This document shows, piece after piece, positions 20,089-30,572 of a DNA stretch of 64,000 nt (position 1 is its first letter; the number at the start of each line of letters is the position of its first letter). The notes beneath the pieces are model-generated. The model searched no databases. It saw only the letters and a program-made list of their open reading frames with translations, and was not told the origin of the DNA. The stretch lies in NCBI GenBank assembly GCA_951813565.1, contig OX638351.1, forward strand, positions 1,056,001 through 1,120,000, given 5' to 3'. The position numbers and the translations under genes are program-made. This DNA is from an uncultured Poribacteria bacterium (GTDB taxonomy: Bacteria; Poribacteria; WGA-4E; WGA-3G).

Positions 20089-20502
20089 ATGCCCTCTCGT
20101 AGACAGTCGCGCATCGTCGCGATGCAAATGCTATATCAGATTCACCTCACTGGTGAACCGATCCAACTCGTTATTGAACAGTTTTGGCAGAGCCAAGAAA
20201 TATCAGCAGAACTCAGACTGTTTGCTCAACAACTTCTTGAAGGCACCACTTCAAATCTTGAAACGATAGATGTTGAACTTCAAGCCACCTCCAAAAATTG
20301 GAAACTCCACCGCATGCCTCTCGTAGACTTGTGTATCCTTCGGATCGCAACGTATGAAATCCTCTATATCAACGAAATTGATGCCGCAACTTCAATCAAC
20401 GAAGCGGTTGAAATTGCCAAATCGTATAGCACCCCGAATTCCCCAAAATTTGTCAACGGAGTCCTTGACAACATACGAAAAAGACATCAGGAGTTACAAT
20501 AA
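20089..20502 (+). CDS. nusB: Transcription antitermination factor NusB
   Basis: RRQSRIVAMQMLYQ, WKLHRMPLVDLCILRIA, INEAVEIAKSY, FVNGVLD. Confidence 0.95.
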   Translation: MPSRRQSRIVAMQMLYQIHLTGEPIQLVIEQFWQSQEISAELRLFAQQLLEGTTSNLETIDVELQATSKNWKLHRMPLVDLCILRIATYEILYINEIDAATSINEAVEIAKSYSTPNSPKFVNGVLDNIRKRHQELQ

Positions 20503-20572
20503 CCCAGTTTCTCCAGAGGCAAAACCTCTACTTTCAAAGATCGGACGTAAAAACCCCTTCTATAAAATTTAA

Positions 20573-22360
20573 ATGTTAAAACTAAAAATCCTAACACTAT
20601 CCATTCTATTGTTAATTCCGTTGAACCTGAGTGCTGCACAAGAGTTCAAATTCGTAGGAGTATTCGGTGGAAAAGGGGAAGGAGAAGCACAATTCGCGAA
20701 AACCTTGTTTATGGCATTCGGACCTGATAAGGCTATCTATATAACGGATACAGACAACTTCAAAATTCATAAGTTCACAGAGACTGGAGTTTTCGTCTTT
20801 GACATTGAGGTGGCAGATTCCTCGGGGTTTAGATTCATCAACCCTACTGCTATTACTATTGGAATGGATAGTTCTGTTTATGTGATGGATTGGGTGTTAA
20901 AACACATTTCAGGCACAGACGATCCTAAAATCTACAACTACGGCCCCTGTGTCCATAAATTTGATGCACAAGGTCAATTTGTCGCCACTTATCCGATACA
21001 GGATTTCAGTAAAAGACTCACTAACCTTGAAGCGGGCGCGCCCGGTCTGGATAGCGAAGGCAAATATGCACTCATTATCCCACATGGCGACACAAAGCGC
21101 GAATTTTTACTTGCCGTAGATGTTCAGAATAACCTCTATGTTTATGATGATGGCTTAATCTACAAACTTGATGCGAATGGCAAGCCAATTGCTCGCTATG
21201 TTATTGCGCAACCGGGTGCTGGACAGGCAATTCATCCAGCTGATATGACTGTGGACAAAGCAGGAAACCTATACGTTGTGGATAAAAGGGGGCATCGGGT
21301 AGTGAAATATAGTCCGGAAGGAGAGTTTTTGCTCGCGTTTGGTAAATATGGAGATGCAGCCGGACAATTTATTGCACCATTCCGCATTGCGGCATTAAAG
21401 GACGGGACTCTCCTTGTTGCTGACAAGGCGAAGTATCTAAAGGATTTCGTCTCCACACTCCCAAAACGGCTTGATGACCCTACCCCACGCTATGATGGTT
21501 ATGTAAGGTCGTTTCGTTATCGGCTACGCAGAATCCAACGGTTTACAAATGATGGTAAGTATACCCAAAAGTTGCTCGTGCCTTTTCAACGAGAGGCTGA
21601 AACAGATGTCGCACTACAACTCAAAGGTATTGACCAAAGCGGTAATTTATATTATCTCAATCCAACAGCGTTAAGGTTCAGGAAATATGCTCCAACCACA
21701 TCCCTTTTCTCTTCAATGTTCCAAACCGAACTGAAACTTCGCTATACGCGCGAGTTACACGACATAGAAATTGACAATCAGGATGATCTTGACGCGGATT
21801 TATATACTAAATCCGATTTTGATGAGCAAATTATTCAAGACTCAGCAGGGGCAAATTTAACCTTTTCTTATGATTTTAATGAAAATTATCGGCTTGCGCT
21901 GTCCAACCAACTTAGGTTTATTCGAATGACTGATACGAGTTATTACCGAGCACAGGATTTTGAGGATTTCCGTGGCACTTTCAATCAAGACGATAGAACA
22001 ACGGAATCGTCTTGGGATAACCGAGTGCAGTTAGATTTTACTTGGATACGTGACCACAGCGTATACAATTATCGTGAGGCGCGGATTTATGCATACCTTA
22101 GTACAATCCGTCTTGATTTTATCAACGACGCACTTGATAGAAGTAATTTCAGATTTTTTGATTTCTACGCGAGGCTTTCAGACTGGGGCGGAGGTATCTA
22201 TTACGACTTAAGCCGAAAGTTCCGTTTGAACTTAGAAATAACCCACTTCTTTGGGAAAAATAGATATACATATATTGATGAAACAAACGACCTCTATGCC
22301 ACAGGATTTCAGCAAGCGGACACGATACGCGCTGTTTTGTTCATCAATGGATTTTTTTAA
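20573..22360 (+). CDS. Exported NHL-repeat protein with a putative C-terminal outer-membrane beta-barrel
   Basis: Signal peptide; NHL units (PADMTVDKAGNLYVVDKRGHRVVKY); C-terminal alternating aromatic strands ending in Phe. Confidence 0.75.
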   Translation: MLKLKILTLSILLLIPLNLSAAQEFKFVGVFGGKGEGEAQFAKTLFMAFGPDKAIYITDTDNFKIHKFTETGVFVFDIEVADSSGFRFINPTAITIGMDSSVYVMDWVLKHISGTDDPKIYNYGPCVHKFDAQGQFVATYPIQDFSKRLTNLEAGAPGLDSEGKYALIIPHGDTKREFLLAVDVQNNLYVYDDGLIYKLDANGKPIARYVIAQPGAGQAIHPADMTVDKAGNLYVVDKRGHRVVKYSPEGEFLLAFGKYGDAAGQFIAPFRIAALKDGTLLVADKAKYLKDFVSTLPKRLDDPTPRYDGYVRSFRYRLRRIQRFTNDGKYTQKLLVPFQREAETDVALQLKGIDQSGNLYYLNPTALRFRKYAPTTSLFSSMFQTELKLRYTRELHDIEIDNQDDLDADLYTKSDFDEQIIQDSAGANLTFSYDFNENYRLALSNQLRFIRMTDTSYYRAQDFEDFRGTFNQDDRTTESSWDNRVQLDFTWIRDHSVYNYREARIYAYLSTIRLDFINDALDRSNFRFFDFYARLSDWGGGIYYDLSRKFRLNLEITHFFGKNRYTYIDETNDLYATGFQQADTIRAVLFINGFF

Positions 22361-22904
22361 TATAGTTTCGACTAACCACAATTCAGTGCTGAGAGTATAT
22401 CTATTCGTTAGCATTGACTTCCCCAGACAAAATACGCTTCTGCCCTGACTGCGCGTATCATTCACACCATTTCCCACCTAATCCGCTTGGAACTATAGTA
22501 AATCTAAACATCTCTACACATTTCCTTTTGATTTACAGCGGTTGTAGTTGTGCAATTCATGCAACTCATGCTTACAGTAAAATCTAAAAATATATGAACA
22601 CCTACCATAATGTGAAAATAATTTTGGATTCTACTATAATTTAACACAAAATTCGCTTATAAGTGATGAAAATTTTCCAATTAGGCATAATAAAACTATA
22701 TGTACATTGAATCTAAAAAGAAAAAGTTTGCAATTTTACGAAAAATAACGTATGATTATACGTTACAAGTGAACAATGAGTAGGTATAATCAGAACAACA
22801 GTGATGTAATTCCTATTCAAAAAACGAAATATTGGAAAAGAAACACATCTTCAGATTCTGAAACTATTATTGCAAAGAAATATGCAATTAACAGGAGACA
22901 TACT

Positions 22905-23753
22905 ATGGCAACTTTTGGAACGGGCGACTACCAATATGAGGTAGTGGAAGGTTGGGGTATGATTCCACAACTCGGTCTCGTTTCTGGCGTAGCATGTGAC
23001 TCAAATGACCGTGTTTATGTCTACAACCGCAGTCCACAACCTGCTATGCTGGTTTTTGAAGCAGATGGAACTTTCGTAGCAGAATGGGGCAAGGATATTT
23101 TCCAAAAGCCACACGGTATCTGGATTAGCCCCGAAGATGAAATCTGGACGACAGACACGATTGATCATACTGTGCGAAAGTTCTCGCTTGATGGTGAATT
23201 ATTACAAACGTTCGGCACCGTCAATCAACCGGGTGCACCGGGAACGCCTTTTAATCAACCGACACGTGCTGTTCTCTCAACTTCTGGAGAGATGTATGTC
23301 TCTGATGGCTACGGACAATCGCGAGTTCACAGAATGACTGCCGATGGCGAAGTTATCGTTTCGTGGGGCGCACCCGGAACAGGTCCGGGAGAATTCAACC
23401 TGCCGCACGATGTTACAGTGGACCATAATGATCGGGTCTACATCCTTGATCGAGGCAACCTACGATGCCAGATTTTTAACAATGATGGTGAATTTCTGAC
23501 GGAGTGGACTGACCTTGGTTCACCTAACGACCTATTTATTGATCCCGATAATATCATTCACATCGCTGAAGCACGGCAAAACATCTGTATCATGACTCTT
23601 GATGGTGAAATAATCGGGAGGTGGGGCGAAAAAGGCACAGCACCGGGTCAATTTAGTGATTCGCCACACGGTATTTGGATTGATTCAAAAGGAGACATCT
23701 ATGTCAGCGAAGTTATCGCTGAAAGACGTTTCCAAAAGTTCGCGAGGGTTTAA
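22905..23753 (+). CDS. NHL-repeat protein (peptidylamidoglycolate lyase-like)
   Basis: GVACDSNDRVYV, PHGIWI, YVSDGYGQSRV, GPGEFNLPH; RBS AGGAGA before 22905. Confidence 0.88.
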   Translation: MATFGTGDYQYEVVEGWGMIPQLGLVSGVACDSNDRVYVYNRSPQPAMLVFEADGTFVAEWGKDIFQKPHGIWISPEDEIWTTDTIDHTVRKFSLDGELLQTFGTVNQPGAPGTPFNQPTRAVLSTSGEMYVSDGYGQSRVHRMTADGEVIVSWGAPGTGPGEFNLPHDVTVDHNDRVYILDRGNLRCQIFNNDGEFLTEWTDLGSPNDLFIDPDNIIHIAEARQNICIMTLDGEIIGRWGEKGTAPGQFSDSPHGIWIDSKGDIYVSEVIAERRFQKFARV

Positions 23754-23758
23754 TAATT

Positions 23759-24643
23759 TTGAAAAAGCACTACCTTTATATACTCAGTCTTATTTTTCTT
23801 GCTATTGTAGCATGCACCTTAGCTTTTGCTGATGGGAATCATGAACATTCAGGTGAACAGATAAAAAAGTTGATAACCCAACCGCTAACACTACAATTAG
23901 CGATTATCGCCTTAGTTGTGTCATTTATATTGGGTGGATTACATGCCTTGACACCGGGACACGGCAAAGCGGTTGTGGCGGCGTATCTCGTTGGCACGAA
24001 GGGCAGGATAATTGACGCAGTTTTCCTTGGTCTAATTGTCACCTTTACGCATACCTTCAGCGTTATCACACTTGGTTTTGTACTACTCTTTGCAAAAGAT
24101 CGTTTTGCACAAGAAGATATTGTGCTTTGGTTAAGCCTAATCTCTGGTCTATTGATTGTCTGTATCGGGGGATGGCTGCTCGCAAAAAATATGAAGCAGT
24201 ATTACGGTGGTAAGGCACACAGCCACGGACACGATCACCATACGCATGACCATGCTCACTCACATGGACATTCACACAGTCATGGAGATGGACATACACA
24301 TAGCCATGTTCCTTCAGAACGCACCGGTTTCTGGGCATTGCTATCGCTCGGTATTTCTGGTGGTATTGTGCCGTGTGTAGATGCACTTATCGGGCTCCTA
24401 TTCGCCATTACCCTTGATAAACTTACATGGGGTGTTATTATTCTGTGTGCTTTCTCTCTTGGACTTGCCGCTGTGTTGGTTGCCATCGGCATCCTAATGG
24501 TAATGGCGAAACCGGTTATTGAACGTTTTACGGGAGAAGGCATCTGGCTAAAACGTTTACCAATTATTAGTGCCACCGTTGTTATCGTGCTTGGTGCTGT
24601 ATTAGTATTCAAGGCACTTAACGATGTAGGGATACAGATTTAA
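23759..24643 (+). CDS. Nickel/cobalt transporter, RcnA/NicO-like
   Basis: LHALTPGHGKAV, THTFSV, His-rich loop, GIVPC..A, FSLGLA. Confidence 0.85.
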   Translation: MKKHYLYILSLIFLAIVACTLAFADGNHEHSGEQIKKLITQPLTLQLAIIALVVSFILGGLHALTPGHGKAVVAAYLVGTKGRIIDAVFLGLIVTFTHTFSVITLGFVLLFAKDRFAQEDIVLWLSLISGLLIVCIGGWLLAKNMKQYYGGKAHSHGHDHHTHDHAHSHGHSHSHGDGHTHSHVPSERTGFWALLSLGISGGIVPCVDALIGLLFAITLDKLTWGVIILCAFSLGLAAVLVAIGILMVMAKPVIERFTGEGIWLKRLPIISATVVIVLGAVLVFKALNDVGIQI

Positions 24644-24662
24644 GCTATACGGTGGAATATTA

Positions 24663-24793
24663 TAGTGGATTCTACAATTAACTGGACATCTGAGCTGTCC
24701 GAGGGAACTCCGATTCCCTACTATTAGTGGTTTCGTCGCGATTCGGAGATCGCTCCTACAGAATATATGTGAACTTATTTACATAATTTACTA
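24663..24793. mobile_element. 131-bp TA-flanked MITE, copy 1
   Basis: TA|TAGTGGATTCTACAATTAA...TAATTTACTA|TA; near-identical inverted copy at 34791-34921. Confidence 0.85.
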
Positions 24794-24874
24794 TAAAAAT
24801 CGAAAGACATCTACTGGTAGGCGCGCTTATAAAGCGCGCCGATTCACGGTGTATAACAAATTGTGCATCTATCA

Positions 24875-25030
24875 TAACCTAAGTTGCTACGGACAAGATT
24901 TCAAGCTTGCAGACATTGCTTTTTACTGAAAAACAAGGATTTCCAGCTAATTCTTATGCTTTCTTTTCTAAATCGGGGTTAGAAACCCCTCCTACAAGAG
25001 CATTCGCGATATAGGTAGCAACTTGGGTTA
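24875..25030. mobile_element. 156-bp MITE, copy 2
   Basis: Identical to 18334-18489; 3-bp TSD TCA. Confidence 0.9.
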
Positions 25031-25069
25031 TCATAGTCAGAATAGTGAACACTTATTTTAAAGAAAATT

Positions 25070-25951
25070 ATGTCTAAAACCATCGGAATTTTAAGCCCTG
25101 GCGATATGGGACACACCGTCGGAGATGTCCTTCGTCAAAATGGTTTACGCGTTATCAGCTGTCTTGAAGGGAGAAGCCAACGCACTCGTGACCTTGCACA
25201 AAAAGTAGGGATTGTGGATGTGCAGACGTATCCTGAATTTGTCAACGAAGCGGACCTAATTCTATCAATTATGGTGCCGGCACAAGCGATGAACGCCGCT
25301 GAGTTAGTCGCCGAAATACTACAACAGACTGAGACAAACTTAACGTATGTAGATTGTAATGCTATCGCACCACAGACAGTTCGCAAATTAGGAGAGGTTA
25401 TTACATCAGCAGGAGGAATTTTTGTTGATGCATCCATCATCGGACCGCCACCGCGAAGACCGGGGGCAACCCGCTTCTACGCTTCGGGACCGAACCTTGA
25501 TGCTTTCTCTGAGTTGAGTCATTACGGATTAGATGTACGGACGCTCGGAGACGAGATCGGACTCGCTTCGGCGATTAAAATGTGCTACGCTTCTTTGACA
25601 AAAGGATTAACTGCACTTTGCACCGAATTGCTCACAGCAGCAGAGGCGTTAGGCGTATCAGATGCACTTACAGAAGAATTTAAATTGAGTCAGGCAGCAC
25701 TTTATGAACGGATGGAAAGAGGATTACCCAGCATGCCGCCGAAAGCGAGACGCTGGATTGGCGAAATGGAAGAAATATCAGATACTTTTGCACATGTCGG
25801 GTTAACACCAAATATTTTGGCAGGTGCAGCAGATATGTACCGGCTTGTTAGTGAGACACACCTTGCAGACCTATCACCAGAGGCACGGGACCAGTTTCCT
25901 ACGCTGGCAGAATTGATTGCAGTCTTGGCAGAACAAATAGAGAAAAAATAG
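25070..25951 (+). CDS. NAD(P)-dependent oxidoreductase (6PGD NAD-binding + DUF1932-like)
   Basis: GILSPGDMG, VDASIIGPPP, ASAIKMCYA, RWIGEMEEI. Confidence 0.85.
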   Translation: MSKTIGILSPGDMGHTVGDVLRQNGLRVISCLEGRSQRTRDLAQKVGIVDVQTYPEFVNEADLILSIMVPAQAMNAAELVAEILQQTETNLTYVDCNAIAPQTVRKLGEVITSAGGIFVDASIIGPPPRRPGATRFYASGPNLDAFSELSHYGLDVRTLGDEIGLASAIKMCYASLTKGLTALCTELLTAAEALGVSDALTEEFKLSQAALYERMERGLPSMPPKARRWIGEMEEISDTFAHVGLTPNILAGAADMYRLVSETHLADLSPEARDQFPTLAELIAVLAEQIEKK

Positions 25952-25975
25952 TTTCGTGAATAGAAGGACATAGCG

Positions 25976-26794
25976 CTATTTATTTTCTTCTCCTTCAGTA
26001 TCTTCCTCTACTCTAAACGGTTCTGTCATCCACGATTCAAACGCGGCAGCATCCTCAAAAAATGAACGCATCAAGGCAAATTCAGTTGGCGTTGCTATTG
26101 CACATCGCAAATAACCTTCTTGTGTTCCGTAATTCAGCAAACGCCTACGCCATGCGTGGTGAAACACTTCGTTTTCCTCAATTATAAAAGTAGAAATAAT
26201 TCCCATCTTTACAATTTTAGTGGGTAATTCAGCAGTTCCAGAACCTTGATTCATTAAAGGGTCCACCAAATGCTTTTGTAGAATTTCTTTAAACTCCTTT
26301 CCATTATTTGCGGCATCTTTCCCTGTTTTGCTCCAATCACGTATTATGTAATAATAATCTATCCAGATTTCCTGTTCTGCTGGTTCTACTTCTGTTCCCA
26401 AAAAATTCTTAAGTCTATCCAGCACAACGTTTTTATGCGCGAATGTAGGCATTGCGGCGACATAAGCCAGAAAATCCGTATAGTCTTCCGCTTCTTGCCT
26501 TTTCATGTAAGTTAGGTAAGGTTCAGTGGACAATATAACTTCTAAATCCGCTGCACTTTGAGGTTCGGAAGTTTCTCCGCCATCTTCAAGCAGTTGGGAC
26601 AGAAGTTTTTCTTGTTCCGCACTTAGCGGTTCGTTTGCAAATTGTCTTAACGCGCGCTTATACTCAGCATGTTGTGCACCGATCTGTTGCATCTCTTGAA
26701 ACATATCAACAAAAATAGGGACCACAAAAACTAAAACACCTACCAGAAGCAGCACTCCTATACCGACAAGAATTAGACAAGTTGGTTTTTTCAT
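25976..26794 (-). CDS. Hypothetical N-terminally membrane-anchored protein
   Basis: 272-aa ORF with one N-terminal hydrophobic helix; promoter-like TTGCAA-17-TACGAT upstream. Confidence 0.7.
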   Translation of the reverse strand: MKKPTCLILVGIGVLLLVGVLVFVVPIFVDMFQEMQQIGAQHAEYKRALRQFANEPLSAEQEKLLSQLLEDGGETSEPQSAADLEVILSTEPYLTYMKRQEAEDYTDFLAYVAAMPTFAHKNVVLDRLKNFLGTEVEPAEQEIWIDYYYIIRDWSKTGKDAANNGKEFKEILQKHLVDPLMNQGSGTAELPTKIVKMGIISTFIIEENEVFHHAWRRRLLNYGTQEGYLRCAIATPTEFALMRSFFEDAAAFESWMTEPFRVEEDTEGEENK

Positions 26795-26879
26795 TTGATA
26801 CCCCTTACGAGTTTTATCCTATCGTAGCATTTTTCAAAACAGATTGCAATCTTTATTGTAACGTGAGCAGGGTTATTTA

Positions 26880-27035
26880 TAGTGAACTTTGAAATTATTG
26901 GGACACTTTGATAAACTTGTCTTGGAAAGATAATTGACAATAGAAGTTGTAGCACAAACTTTTAGTTTGTGCCTTATGAGACGCAAACTAAAAGTTTTCG
27001 CTACAGAAGTGTCCCATTAATTATAGGTTTTACTA
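26880..27035. mobile_element. TA-type MITE, uninterrupted copy of 18631-18902
   Basis: TAGTGAACTTTGAAATTATTGGGACAC ... GTGTCCCATTAATTATAGGTTTTACTA. Confidence 0.82.
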
Positions 27036-27371
27036 GAGCGTATCTCATAAATCATTTGTAGGGCGAGGTCCCGGGGAATGCCATAAGGCATTCGGACCGT
27101 TGATTTGGTGCCTCGCCATCTCTCTCATAAGTGGAAACAATGGGCGGGCACAGGGACCCGCCCCATAGGTGTCAATTTAAGGATATATCCTCTTGTGGGA
27201 GTGAATCAACGCAGCATGCGCGTATGGCATGCTGCGTTGATTTGGATGAATGCCTACACGCGCATTCAGCGTTGATTTGGCAGCATGCCGGACGGGGAAT
27301 GCCATTTAGGCGTTCCCCGGATATGAATGCCATTTAGGCATTCCCCGTCTACCACTTGTGCGTAAGTCCTG
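27034..27371. repeat. Composite of REP-like palindromes and ~35-nt hairpin cassettes
   Basis: 35-mer at 27073-27107 inside a GTAG palindrome; tandem CGTTGATTTG-ended units at 27206-27346; 27034-27075 shared with 38494-38535. Confidence 0.8.
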
Positions 27372-27414
27372 TTACATAATAGACATTCTAATGATTTAAT
27401 CTGCGTTGTGTTGT

Positions 27415-27593
27415 CAGAATCGCGGATTATCGCGGATTTATCGGATGACGCGGATTTTAAGAACTTTGTATCCGCACGTTCAACGGACGCATGGACGCCT
27501 TCTGTTATTGACCGGACATTATGAAAATGACTTGTTGTTATCAGTATCCAATAATCCGTGAAATCTGCGTCATCCGATAAATCCGCGATTCAG
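27415..27593. repeat. Second inverted pair of ~9-bp periodic CGGAT arrays
   Basis: GAATCGCGGATTATCGCGGATTTATCGGATGACGCGGATTT faces AATCCGTGAAATCTGCGTCATCCGATAAATCCGCGATTCAGA. Confidence 0.8.
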
Positions 27594-27689
27594 AAAGTTG
27601 CGCGCGATGCCTCATCTACCCAACGGACAGACATAAGATTTTTCCGTAGATCGATAACTCACAATTAAAACGTTATAATGTCTAATATA

Positions 27690-29522
27690 TTACATCTGCC
27701 CTAATTCCAAAAATACTCCGAACATTTGGATAAGCTGCTTGAAGTCCCCAAGGGCAAGAAATATGTTCGCATCAATCCCATCATCCTGCACTTTTGCAGA
27801 AAAACCGAAGCTATAATTATCTGGAAAATTTGCAAACGTGACCGCAAACATCTGTATTGATGATGCACTATTCGGCTCCACCTTTGCTAACAAAGGTACG
27901 AAATTTTTTACTGCGATAATTGGGGAAACCGCCAAGAAAATGTTGTTGTCTGTTCCCAAACTTTCAACAAGATTTTGAAAACTTGGATTGGCAGAAAACT
28001 TCTCCACCATTCCTGCTTGCCTATCCAGTGCCATTTTAATAGATTCTGCACTGGTGCCTGTTGTCCAAAAAAGTTTGCCCTCTGAAAACGCGTAATACCA
28101 GTGCCATTCTGAGGGAATCAGCTCAGAGGCTTCAGGATACTTTTCTTGACCAGCTATTTTGAAATTGGGAAAAATGTAACTTTTAATCTCAACACCGTTG
28201 TACATTAATGGTTTACCAGCATAAGTATCATGATAGTGATGGAGTTTTTCCAGAAACAGACCATTCATTAAGTCTTTTGTGCTTTGTTCATCTCTCAATT
28301 CATAGATAAACAGAAAATCAGGTATAATGAAGTTCTCAAAATTCACAGAGACACTCCATTGGTCCGCCAGTGATTCATAAAAGCCTTCTACCTCTTGGAA
28401 AAGAGGATGCAAATGTTTCTGTTGTTCTGGTGGATCTTTAGGCAAAACATCAAACCAAAAAGTGCTGATCTCAACTAATAGGTCTGGGGTGCCTTGAAAA
28501 CTGCAGTTCAGTATGTAACTATTTGGCAGTTTGTCAAGGTTAGTTAAATCAGTAGAAGCCATTTTGAACCTATCCAAGAATTTGCTGTCGTTTCTGAACT
28601 TGAAAAACGGTTTGAGGTGGATATCCATATCCTGTACCTGTAGGGAGGCACTGACAAACTGCAACTGTTCAATTAATTTTGCCCACCCGCTAAGTGCATT
28701 TCCAAGGAGTGATGATGTTCCCATAGATAACGGATCATTTTCACCTTCAAGATTCTCTGTCATTGATTCCAGTTCCTCTTCCAGTGAACCATCAAGCTTG
28801 GTAGTGATAGTTTCAACGTCAAAGAGAACTCCCAACTGATCGATGCCTTTCAAAATATCGGTTATGAATATGTTGTAATCAGGGTTATGTGTGATCGCTT
28901 GTATCGTTCCGTTCTGAGTGTCAATGACGTTTTTACAGCCCTCCGAGTGTACTGAAAAGACGAGGATATTCTCCAATATAGCAAAATTTCCGCTACCTTC
29001 GTCAGAACTCCAGTAAGTCACACCTTTATATTCCATGGGAGCACTTCCTTCAGCTTCAGCAGCGATTACCTGTTTTATTGGATCAGGGTCTGTTAGATGC
29101 ACAACCGCTGAAACCTGCATCGGCGTCAAACTGGTGAAAAATACTGCAAAATCTTTGTTTAAATCAAGTCCAATCTCTTTCAAGTCCGCCAAACTTTGAA
29201 AGCCTACTCCAAAAGCATTTGCCAGAATTTTCGCGAGCAACTCTGCTTGCCCCAATTGCGGCAGCATTTCTGATGCCATTACATTAATCCTATGATTTAA
29301 TTCGTTTAAGCTGGGACAGTAAATAAGTCCTAAGGAATTTTTTGGAATTAAATGGAGAACACTATCTTTAGGAACATTGAGCGGCATTGCATCAGATTTT
29401 TGTACAGATACGTCTTTGGGAGCACGTTCAGATTCTGCTACAGCATCTACCAAAAAAACGGTGAATAATATTGTGCCTAAGAATGCTAACGTGATGACTA
29501 AGGGAAAACATCTTTTTTTCAT
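27690..29522 (-). CDS. Hypothetical exported protein (possibly DUF3352-like)
   Basis: 610-aa ORF with a signal peptide and RBS AAGGAG; EYKGVTY and YNGVEIK internal repeat-like motifs. Confidence 0.7.
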   Translation of the reverse strand: MKKRCFPLVITLAFLGTILFTVFLVDAVAESERAPKDVSVQKSDAMPLNVPKDSVLHLIPKNSLGLIYCPSLNELNHRINVMASEMLPQLGQAELLAKILANAFGVGFQSLADLKEIGLDLNKDFAVFFTSLTPMQVSAVVHLTDPDPIKQVIAAEAEGSAPMEYKGVTYWSSDEGSGNFAILENILVFSVHSEGCKNVIDTQNGTIQAITHNPDYNIFITDILKGIDQLGVLFDVETITTKLDGSLEEELESMTENLEGENDPLSMGTSSLLGNALSGWAKLIEQLQFVSASLQVQDMDIHLKPFFKFRNDSKFLDRFKMASTDLTNLDKLPNSYILNCSFQGTPDLLVEISTFWFDVLPKDPPEQQKHLHPLFQEVEGFYESLADQWSVSVNFENFIIPDFLFIYELRDEQSTKDLMNGLFLEKLHHYHDTYAGKPLMYNGVEIKSYIFPNFKIAGQEKYPEASELIPSEWHWYYAFSEGKLFWTTGTSAESIKMALDRQAGMVEKFSANPSFQNLVESLGTDNNIFLAVSPIIAVKNFVPLLAKVEPNSASSIQMFAVTFANFPDNYSFGFSAKVQDDGIDANIFLALGDFKQLIQMFGVFLELGQM

Positions 29523-29679
29523 TTTAATTTCTCCTTATGAATGAATAGCATGGCGTATTCACTCTGGATTTTGGATTGATTTCTATTACATAACCTATAA
29601 AGCAACGAAGGCATCAACAATTGCGAGACACAACGCTATATAGGAATAGTGTCTACCATAGAGACGACTCTCCATTTTC

Positions 29680-30423
29680 TCAAAACTTCGGTTCAAATCC
29701 ATGGGCACGAAGCTTCTCTAAATGCCTTTTCGCTCCTGCTTCTGAAGCAAATTTCTGTATCTCTTGTTTAAAAAGTTCAAGGACTTTGTCTATTACTTCC
29801 TCTTTGTCTATTGCTTCCTCTGAATATTCATATTCTTTTGATAGCAGATGTGCCTTTGCTGATTCAAAAAAATTAGGTGGCATTTCTTCAAGTACTTTAC
29901 CACTTCGGATGTTTTCAAAGTAAGCTTGCTGCTCTTCAGCAGAAAGAGAGTTTAAATGATTTGCAATTTCTTTATTTCGTATTTCTGAATGCTTCTTGAG
30001 TTCATTTATCCTAGCTTTAATTTCATTTAACTCGTTTCTGGCAGTCTCCAGATACTCTCTTTCCTTATCCATTTCCTCGGCACTTAAGTCTTTGTGATTA
30101 GAGTCATTAGACTTATCCGGATGATGTGTGTGTTGTTTTAGTTTTTCTGACACCAAAGGTAATGCTGTGTTTTTTGTGTCCTCACTGTCCGCATGTGTAT
30201 CAGTAGTGTCATCTCGAGAGATTTTCTGCCCTTGAGATGTCTCTACTGACGCAGCGTCTGGTGTTTCGTCCACTATTTTTTCGGATTCAGTTTTGTACAG
30301 CACGATAGAATCACCTGTGAGTTTAGGACGGACAGTGGTGAAATACCATGTTGACCACCCTATTATGACAATAAGAAACAGAAATCCTAAACTGAGAAAA
30401 AAGCGTTTCCATGTAAACATCAT
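29680..30423 (-). CDS. Hypothetical membrane-anchored protein
   Basis: N-terminal TM helix, low-complexity linker, coiled coil; start inferred from the GAGGG RBS. Confidence 0.65.
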   Translation of the reverse strand: MMFTWKRFFLSLGFLFLIVIIGWSTWYFTTVRPKLTGDSIVLYKTESEKIVDETPDAASVETSQGQKISRDDTTDTHADSEDTKNTALPLVSEKLKQHTHHPDKSNDSNHKDLSAEEMDKEREYLETARNELNEIKARINELKKHSEIRNKEIANHLNSLSAEEQQAYFENIRSGKVLEEMPPNFFESAKAHLLSKEYEYSEEAIDKEEVIDKVLELFKQEIQKFASEAGAKRHLEKLRAHGFEPKF

Positions 30424-30572
30424 GTCCCTCTTTGGTTTTGAGACAACACTGTATGGTGAAAAATCAATGCTTGCCTCATGTTCAATTATAGTAGATTTAC
30501 AATTACGGTACACTTTGACTGCGTGCCTATAAGTTCATGTCTACTTATTTTACATATTACTATAAGTGCTTC

